From assembly GCA_020279385.1 (NCBI GenBank), contig GCA_020279385.1_4133.1: a stretch of DNA of 51,819 nucleotides. One strand, written 5' to 3'. Numbering within the stretch: the first letter of the stretch is position 1; each line of letters starts with the position of its first letter. Of this stretch, positions 46,078 through 51,819 are shown one piece after another. The position numbers and the translations under genes are program-made. The notes under the pieces were generated by a model. That model made no database searches. It saw only the letters and a list, made by a program, of their open reading frames with translations, and was not told the origin of the DNA. Source of the stretch: a phage.

Positions 46078-46496
46078 TGGCTATAACTGATAAAGGAGAT
46101 TATCTTGAGTTTTACGAAAGAGATCCAACAGACACGAGAAAGGAAGTTAATCACCAGATAGATAGTTTTCAGTGGTTGACTTATGCTCATCCTTACTTGC
46201 TGGCGTGGCATACGGTAAACGAGAATGAGAAGTCGAAAGTAACGGCGATGATTGATCAGCAGTCCGGCTTGGTTAAGGGGGTAAGCGATTTCATCATCCT
46301 GATTGGTTCAAACGGAAAATACCCCTTTGCAGCGATTGAGATCAAACGAGTGAATAAATCAGGCAAGGGGAAAGCATCACCAGTCAGCGATGAACAAAAG
46401 GCTTTTTTGCGTCGCGTTCGCAGCTTAGGAGGATTCGCTGCGGTCGCCTACGGATTTAATCAGTTTAAGTTAGCTATTGAATACATGCTTAAATAG
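46077..46496 (+). CDS. VRR-NUC domain nuclease
   Basis: DFIILIG...AAIEIKR (D..ExK core); ATG overlaps helicase stop. Confidence 0.6.
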   Translation: MAITDKGDYLEFYERDPTDTRKEVNHQIDSFQWLTYAHPYLLAWHTVNENEKSKVTAMIDQQSGLVKGVSDFIILIGSNGKYPFAAIEIKRVNKSGKGKASPVSDEQKAFLRRVRSLGGFAAVAYGFNQFKLAIEYMLK

Positions 46497-46512
46497 CACT
46501 TTTTGTTAAAAC
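46491..46512 (+). promoter_or_regulatory. Conserved intergenic element copy
   Basis: aaatagcactttttgttaaaac with TAG stop of 46077-46496, then hairpin ggcgcgatggattgcgcc and CATAAT. Confidence 0.55.
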
Positions 46513-46576
46513 TGGCGCGATGGATTGCGCCATAATTCAATAACACGAGATGGCTTTTAATAGCGGAGAAATGAAA

Positions 46577-47302
46577 ATGGCTAAAGATATTTTAGATAAA
46601 GACACCCATGACGCATTCGTTAGCTTTGAGCAGTTGGAGAGAGAAACGTTTATAGGAAATGCTCTTGCAACTGGAGGCCATTACCAGGCAGTAAAGCCAA
46701 ATCAATATTATAAGGTAAGCGGCAACCGATACGCTGGAAGCACTACGCCGGACGTTGTGCGCGATATGTGGAGCACACCTCAAGAGATCGTGGAGTGGAT
46801 GGAATCAGAATTTGGCGAATACGATCTCGACGCGGCAGCAAGCCAGGAAAACGCAGTTTGCGAGAAGTTCTACAGCAAGGAAACAAACTGCTTAAAGCGT
46901 TGGTGGGGTAGCAACAAGCACGTATGGCTTAACCCGCCGTACAGCAACCCAACTCCATTTATCAAGAAAGCAATTGAGCAAATGGAGCACAACAACCAAA
47001 TTGATGTTTTGTTGCCATCCGACAACTCTACAGCATGGTTTTATGAGGCGCAGAAAAACGCGGCTGAAATTATCTGGATCACTGGCGAGGTTTACGAAGA
47101 GGGTGGAGTAGAATACTCCCGCACCGGAAGAATTGCCTTTGTGTCTGGATTGACTGGTGAGCCTGTGCAGGGCAACAACAAGGGAAGCGTGATTTTTGTC
47201 ATGCGCAAACTTAAAGAAGGCGAGGAGCAGAAAACGCGATACGTTAAGATCAGCGATATTTGCCCTTCTGTAACCGAACGTCGCGCACGCAAACGGAGCT
47301 AA
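46577..47302 (+). CDS. dam: DNA N6-adenine methyltransferase (Dam-like)
   Basis: NPPY motif (WLNPPYSNP); alternative ATG at 46571. Confidence 0.7.
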   Translation: MAKDILDKDTHDAFVSFEQLERETFIGNALATGGHYQAVKPNQYYKVSGNRYAGSTTPDVVRDMWSTPQEIVEWMESEFGEYDLDAAASQENAVCEKFYSKETNCLKRWWGSNKHVWLNPPYSNPTPFIKKAIEQMEHNNQIDVLLPSDNSTAWFYEAQKNAAEIIWITGEVYEEGGVEYSRTGRIAFVSGLTGEPVQGNNKGSVIFVMRKLKEGEEQKTRYVKISDICPSVTERRARKRS

Positions 47303-47306
47303 CACG

Positions 47307-47564
47307 ATGGAAAAAGAGAGAAGCGTTTATTTAAATGAAACTGGCGAGTGGTTGTTATTTCGCGCTATGGTGTGCGATGCACTTGATAAAAACCCTAACG
47401 TGAAAAAGATGATTGATTGCGATCCGTGGGAATTTTCAAGCGCATTAGATATGAGCTTTGAGGAGACAAGAAAACTCCCGCTTGAAAAATGGCACGAACA
47501 AATCAGAAATGACATGCAAGAGTTTGTCGATTCGTGGAATTTTCAGCACGGAATGATCCACTAA
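47307..47564 (+). CDS. Hypothetical protein (85 aa)
   Basis: ORF with ATG start. Confidence 0.5.
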   Translation: MEKERSVYLNETGEWLLFRAMVCDALDKNPNVKKMIDCDPWEFSSALDMSFEETRKLPLEKWHEQIRNDMQEFVDSWNFQHGMIH

Positions 47565-47583
47565 TAGCACTTTTTGTTAAAAC
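47562..47583 (+). promoter_or_regulatory. Conserved intergenic element copy with hairpin; inverted partner at 51265-51307
   Basis: taatagcactttttgttaaaac then cccggcctagtgtcggg and CATAAT. Confidence 0.55.
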
Positions 47584-47639
47584 GCCCGGCCTAGTGTCGG
47601 GCATAATTATTTCAACGAAGCAAACATGAGGAAATAAAA

Positions 47640-47819
47640 ATGGTGGTATTCGATAAACGCGCTTTTAACCTTGCTCAAGAAGTAGCAAAAGGTTCAGTGG
47701 ATGGCGGTTCAAAGGAAGGGTTCCAGTTTGATTGGGAGATCGCAATGTTTTTACTGAAAGTTGCATACGGTCACGCGCCAATTGAACAAGCGGAGGCATA
47801 TTATAAGCATGAAGGTTGA
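47640..47819 (+). CDS. Small hypothetical protein (59 aa)
   Basis: Sub-threshold ORF with GAGGAAA RBS. Confidence 0.4.
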   Translation: MVVFDKRAFNLAQEVAKGSVDGGSKEGFQFDWEIAMFLLKVAYGHAPIEQAEAYYKHEG

Positions 47820-48051
47820 GCAAGGAAGAGATGCGGTATGGAATCACGCTAAAGAATGCGGTATTGCCGACGATATAAAGAAGATCGCGCAATACTTTGA
47901 TATTGCAGATGTGAGCATAATTAGCGGCGATAAGATGACTTTCCTCAAGGAAAGGCCGCGAAAAATGGTAAGAGTTCCAGCAGTTCCAACAAAAATTGAT
48001 TTCAAATCTGTAATCGACAGCAGCAGAGAGCAAAGGAAAAGATTTAAATGA
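47809..48051 (+). CDS. Hypothetical protein (80 aa)
   Basis: Track ORF starts at TTG; internal ATG 47809 preceded by GCGGAGG. Confidence 0.45.
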   Translation: MKVEQGRDAVWNHAKECGIADDIKKIAQYFDIADVSIISGDKMTFLKERPRKMVRVPAVPTKIDFKSVIDSSREQRKRFK

Positions 48052-48533
48052 TAAATTGGAGTGATTATTTTGAATATAGAAATGGAATACTTTACTGGAA
48101 AGTAAGGAGAAATGGGAGAAATGGAGGAGTCAAACCTGGAGACGTTGCAGGGTGCAAAAATGAATATGGATATGTTTTAATAGGATTTAATGGAAAACTG
48201 CACTACAGACATTCAATAGTTTGGGAAATGCACAACGGTAAGATTCCAGAAGGATTTGTCATAGATCATAAAAACCCCGTTTGTGATGGAGAGGAGGCTA
48301 ATGACAATATCGACAACCTTAGAATAATACGTCATTCAGACAACCTTAGAAAAGGTTGCGGTAGAGTTAGAAAAAGCAATACAAGCGGAATAACTGGCGT
48401 TATGTATAATAAAAGAGATGATCTATGGGTAGCTTCAATATGCGTAAACTCAAATAGAATATCAAAATCATTCAAATCAATGGATGATGCTATAAATCAG
48501 AGGATGATTTGGGAATCAGAATACATAAAATGA
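48048..48533 (+). CDS. HNH homing endonuclease with AP2-like DNA-binding region
   Basis: MINWSDYFEYRNGILYWK N-terminus, HNH residues (IDHKNPVCDG..N); paralog of 2946-3473. Confidence 0.7.
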   Translation: MINWSDYFEYRNGILYWKVRRNGRNGGVKPGDVAGCKNEYGYVLIGFNGKLHYRHSIVWEMHNGKIPEGFVIDHKNPVCDGEEANDNIDNLRIIRHSDNLRKGCGRVRKSNTSGITGVMYNKRDDLWVASICVNSNRISKSFKSMDDAINQRMIWESEYIK

Positions 48534-48627
48534 GGATAGTTATCATGTGGCGCTTGTTTGTTCTACCGTTACCCGTTATCATCGCTGTTACAGTTATGTA
48601 CCATATAGTGATGAGATAGGTAGCAGA

Positions 48628-49743
48628 ATGAAAAATGTAAAAATTACAGATGAGCAATTCAAGATCGAACGGGCGGCGGGTAAGACATATAAACAGATCG
48701 CTCAAGAGTACGGAATGAATGTTAGAAGCGTCGAGCGTCGCGCGGCGCGTCTTGCAAAGCAAGGCCAGGTATCCACCATTGGAGCGCCTGGTTTTGGAGT
48801 TCATGGTGAGTCAGTAATGACTGACAAAGAAGGCAACATAATCCTAAAGTGGACTAAAACCAGCAAGGATAAAGAGCAATTAGAAGCATTAATGCGCGCA
48901 GCAATGGAGGCATTTAGCGAGGAAGTGCCGCGATTAGATCCGGTCCCATTACAGGAGCGCGACTATAACGAAACGCTTTCTTTGTATCCGATCTTTGACA
49001 TGCACTTAGGCGCTATGGCCCATAAGCACGAATGCGGCGAAAATTGGGATACTGCCACGGCAGAGCGCGTTATGAATAACTTTATCGACTATGCTTTAAT
49101 GTGCGCACCGGATAGCGAAAAGGCTGTCATCCTGATTGGTGGCGATATGCTGCATAGCGACGGCCTGGAGGCGGTTACACCTGCAAGCGGTCACGTACTG
49201 GATCAAGATAGTCGATATGCAAAATTGGTTTACGTTGCCATCCGTGCAATGCGACGCGCAATCAATAAAATGTTGTTAAAGCATAAACATGTTGAAGTCC
49301 AGATCGTAGAGGGAAATCATGACCAATCAGGAATGATTTGGCTACGCGCAGCGATGGCGGCAGCATATGAGAACGAGCCGCGCGTTTACGTTGATGTTTC
49401 TCCTCGCGTTGTTCACCACACGCAATACGGAAAAACTTTCCTTGCGTACCATCACGGGCACACAGTGCGTAAACCTGAGACTTTGCTAATGATGTGCGCG
49501 TCAGATTGGCGGGAGGACTTCGGAAACTCAAAAACGATGTATGCGCACGTAGGGCACTGGCATCACCAGACCGTAACAGAAACGTCGCTTGGCATCGTGG
49601 AGGTGCATAGCACCCTGGCGGCAAAAGACGCATACGCCGCGCGAGGTGGCTGGAGATCTCGACGCCGTGCGGCGGTTATCATTTACGACAAAGAGCATGG
49701 AGAAGTCGGGCGATTTGTTCACTATCCAGAAATGATGAATTGA
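48628..49743 (+). CDS. Metallophosphoesterase (calcineurin-like) with N-terminal HTH
   Basis: Motifs DMHLG, GGDMLHSDG, GNHD, HHGH, GHWHH; N-terminal HTH KTYKQIAQEYGMNVRSVERRAARL. Confidence 0.6.
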   Translation: MKNVKITDEQFKIERAAGKTYKQIAQEYGMNVRSVERRAARLAKQGQVSTIGAPGFGVHGESVMTDKEGNIILKWTKTSKDKEQLEALMRAAMEAFSEEVPRLDPVPLQERDYNETLSLYPIFDMHLGAMAHKHECGENWDTATAERVMNNFIDYALMCAPDSEKAVILIGGDMLHSDGLEAVTPASGHVLDQDSRYAKLVYVAIRAMRRAINKMLLKHKHVEVQIVEGNHDQSGMIWLRAAMAAAYENEPRVYVDVSPRVVHHTQYGKTFLAYHHGHTVRKPETLLMMCASDWREDFGNSKTMYAHVGHWHHQTVTETSLGIVEVHSTLAAKDAYAARGGWRSRRRAAVIIYDKEHGEVGRFVHYPEMMN

Positions 49744-49789
49744 TGAATTTTTATTTAAATCAATGACAAATTAAATCAAAAACTTGCAA

Positions 49790-49819
49790 AGGGGCGGCGT
49801 TTGTCGCCTCTTTTTTTTG
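49790..49819 (+). terminator. Rho-independent terminator
   Basis: ggggcggcgtttgtcgcctc plus T8. Confidence 0.6.
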
Positions 49820-49888
49820 TTTAATTTTTTACCATGTGCGTTTATCATGCGGTCAATATATTGACTTTAATTAATATGGAGAATAAAA

Positions 49889-50104
49889 ATGAAAGATTTT
49901 ATTAACGCAGCTACCGCCGGATCTGGCGGTTCATCTATCGCAAGCGCCGCTACAGGGCAGTTAACCATTGCTATTGCCAGCTTTGTTTTAATGGCTGCAT
50001 TCGGTGCATGGGGCGCTTACCTTCGCTGGCGTGATAGTAAAAAATTCCACGAGGCGATCGAAAAAGGTGATATTCAAAAAGCTATTGAGATTAGGGGCAA
50101 GTAA
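49889..50104 (+). CDS. Putative holin
   Basis: 71 aa, one transmembrane helix, charged C-terminus, directly upstream of endolysin. Confidence 0.5.
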   Translation: MKDFINAATAGSGGSSIASAATGQLTIAIASFVLMAAFGAWGAYLRWRDSKKFHEAIEKGDIQKAIEIRGK

Positions 50105-50595
50105 TGAGCATAAAGAACAGGGTAGCGGCGGCGGCCTTTGGCGTTGCGGTTGCCTTGACTTCTCCACTTCTTGAAGAGATCGAAGGGGTAAGATACAAGC
50201 CATACAAAGATATTGCGGGAGTATGGACGGTTTGCGCAGGAATCACCGGACCCGATGTTATCCTGGGGAAAACGTACACTAAAAAAGAGTGTGATGCTTT
50301 GTTGGCTAAGCATATCAAGGTTGCTAAAAAGGAAGTTGACAAGCAAGTTAAGGTTGACATTCCTGATAGTATGCGTGCAGCAATGTACTCATTCACTTAC
50401 AATGCAGGTGTGGGAGCTTTCAGAAATTCAACAATGCTGAAACTCATCAACCAGGGGAAATTAAACGAGGCTTGCGATCAGCTTTATCGTTGGACTTATT
50501 ACCATAACCCAAAAACAGGAAAGCGCGAGAAGTCTAAAGGCTTACTTAACAGGCGCAAGGTCGAATACAAATATTGCACAATGGATCTGAGATGA
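50104..50595 (+). CDS. Endolysin (T4-lysozyme-like muramidase)
   Basis: [26 protein letters not shown] with catalytic Glu/Asp/Thr arrangement. Confidence 0.8.
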   Translation: MSIKNRVAAAAFGVAVALTSPLLEEIEGVRYKPYKDIAGVWTVCAGITGPDVILGKTYTKKECDALLAKHIKVAKKEVDKQVKVDIPDSMRAAMYSFTYNAGVGAFRNSTMLKLINQGKLNEACDQLYRWTYYHNPKTGKREKSKGLLNRRKVEYKYCTMDLR

Positions 50596-50987
50596 TGAAG
50601 AAATTTTTACTTACACCAATCGCAATGGCGGTGATCTTGTCTGGATGTTCAAGCGTTACGCCACTGACCGGATTAATCGGCAGTAAGCCGGAAATCACAG
50701 CGCAGGCTGGCGCGGAGAACGTGAAGCAGACAGTTGGCATTACAGCAAGGCAGGACGACAGCACAAAACAGGAAACCACAATAAAGGAATCTGCGGTTGA
50801 CAAGGTGGACACGTCCAGCAAGAAGGATTTCACAACATCAACCATTCAGGCCAATACCATCAAGGCAGACAAAATTCAGGTCGTGCAGGGTAATAACGGC
50901 AGATGGTACGATCCAGTAATCATATGCGTGGTTGTGTTTCTTGTGCTGATTTGTCTTTACTGGATAGAAAAGAAAAAGGAGGCTTAA
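50592..50987 (+). CDS. Unimolecular spanin (lipoprotein with C-terminal transmembrane helix)
   Basis: N-terminal lipobox LSGCSS and C-terminal hydrophobic helix; start overlaps endolysin stop. Confidence 0.6.
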   Translation: MMKKFLLTPIAMAVILSGCSSVTPLTGLIGSKPEITAQAGAENVKQTVGITARQDDSTKQETTIKESAVDKVDTSSKKDFTTSTIQANTIKADKIQVVQGNNGRWYDPVIICVVVFLVLICLYWIEKKKEA

Positions 50988-51005
50988 TGCCTCCTTTATT
51001 TTTAT
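50975..51005. terminator. Bidirectional terminator at convergence point
   Basis: A-run, aggaggcttaatgcctcct, T-run. Confidence 0.6.
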
Positions 51006-51226
51006 GCGTCGGGCCACATATGAGTTTCGTTTGTTGGCTTGTTCGATTCATCGTACTGCCTTACTTCAATGCTGCAAGTGTCGCCATACATTTCTGCAAT
51101 CTTGCGCTCATTTTCAACAGCCGATTGCTCACTCCATCCAAAATCCCTGTCATAAATTGTCGGGATTTCAGCAGAAGATCCGTTGTCATGATTATATACG
51201 CGAACTACTAAAAACTTGCTGGACAT
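51002..51226 (-). CDS. Hypothetical protein (74 aa)
   Basis: ORF with ATG start. Confidence 0.45.
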   Translation of the reverse strand: MSSKFLVVRVYNHDNGSSAEIPTIYDRDFGWSEQSAVENERKIAEMYGDTCSIEVRQYDESNKPTNETHMWPDA

Positions 51227-51286
51227 AATTTTACCTTTTGGTTGTTTCGTTTCGATGAAACAAATATACCCGACACTAGGCCGGGC

Positions 51287-51307
51287 GTTTTAACAAAAAA
51301 TGCTATT
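51287..51307 (-). promoter_or_regulatory. Conserved intergenic element copy with hairpin, inverted relative to the 47562 copy
   Basis: gttttaacaaaaaatgctatt preceded by cccgacactaggccggg on plus strand. Confidence 0.5.
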
Positions 51308-51423
51308 CCATACGCTTTACCGTAACCAGTAATACACCATCATCATTGCATAAAACATGTTCAGTGGTGCTAAAAGCGCGCATATCTGAATAAAGTAGCG
51401 TAAGTAAAGCATGAATAAAATCC

Positions 51424-51819
51424 TCATGTGATATTGAATTTACGGCGCAGTGCTTCAAGATCTTGTCTATTAGCTTTTGCCTGGAACAATTCATCATCGC
51501 CCATCTCCCCTATTCTAGCCATATCCCTGATCCAGTCGTTGCGCATACCATCCAGGCTATACAATTCGAATCCGAAAGGCCGCTTTGACGATCCTTTGGA
51601 CCAGTATTTACCGCAGACCCCATCTATATAGCCAGCCGTCATCATTCTTGCGCAAAATTCCTTAGATGCAAGGCTGGCGAACATTCGCGGCGTAAGTCCG
51701 GCGGCCCGTGCGAGCCGCTCACATTCTCTATGCTGATAGATAAATTTGGCTATGTGCTGCCTGTTAAACCAGTCGTATGACTCACACCATTTATACAGAT
51801 CAAGCAAAAACATAATCAT
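51424..51819 (-). CDS. Hypothetical protein (131 aa), start at or beyond window end
   Basis: ATG at the last three bases of the window; purine-rich RBS would lie at window positions 1-15 if the ends are contiguous. Confidence 0.45.
   Translation of the reverse strand: MIMFLLDLYKWCESYDWFNRQHIAKFIYQHRECERLARAAGLTPRMFASLASKEFCARMMTAGYIDGVCGKYWSKGSSKRPFGFELYSLDGMRNDWIRDMARIGEMGDDELFQAKANRQDLEALRRKFNIT

Noticed and set aside
51303-51497. ORF 51303-51497 and an alternative 30-codon hydrophobic ORF in the third frame
   Set aside because: Both overlap the 3' end of 51424-51819 and cannot be told apart from sequence alone; the GAGGA-preceded 30-aa peptide (MLYLRYFIQICALLAPLNMFYAMMMVYYWLR) is the more plausible, but neither is secure enough to annotate.

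Overview
The window reads as a near-complete genome of a virulent siphovirus whose gene content and order resemble T1-like (Drexlerviridae-type) coliphages; this is inferred from protein motifs read by eye, not from any database search. Layout: a leftward early block (1-6188, minus strand) with a large unknown protein, a short C5-methyltransferase-like protein, an HNH endonuclease and small ORFs; a rightward early block (6882-14911) of small hypothetical genes with an HNH endonuclease, a HAD phosphatase and a P-loop kinase; a structural module (15211-36353: terminase small/large, portal, head morphogenesis, scaffold, two decoration-like paralogs, major capsid, connector proteins, major tail, frameshifted tail chaperone, tape measure, lambda-like M-L-K-I-J tail tip); a Cor-like lipoprotein; a recombination module (exonuclease, Erf-like annealing protein, SSB); leftward fibre, primase and HTH genes; then helicase, VRR-NUC nuclease, Dam methylase, HNH endonuclease, metallophosphoesterase and a holin-endolysin-spanin lysis cassette. 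No integrase, repressor, tRNA or CRISPR array was seen. The most distinctive non-coding signals are a ~21-bp element (AATAGCACTTTTTGTTAAAAC) present in about 19 copies that carries stop codons in all three frames, and two mutually homologous ~190-bp AT/GT-rich elements at the two strand-switch regions. All coordinates were counted by hand and may be off by a few bases; functional calls rest on motif recognition and carry matching uncertainty.
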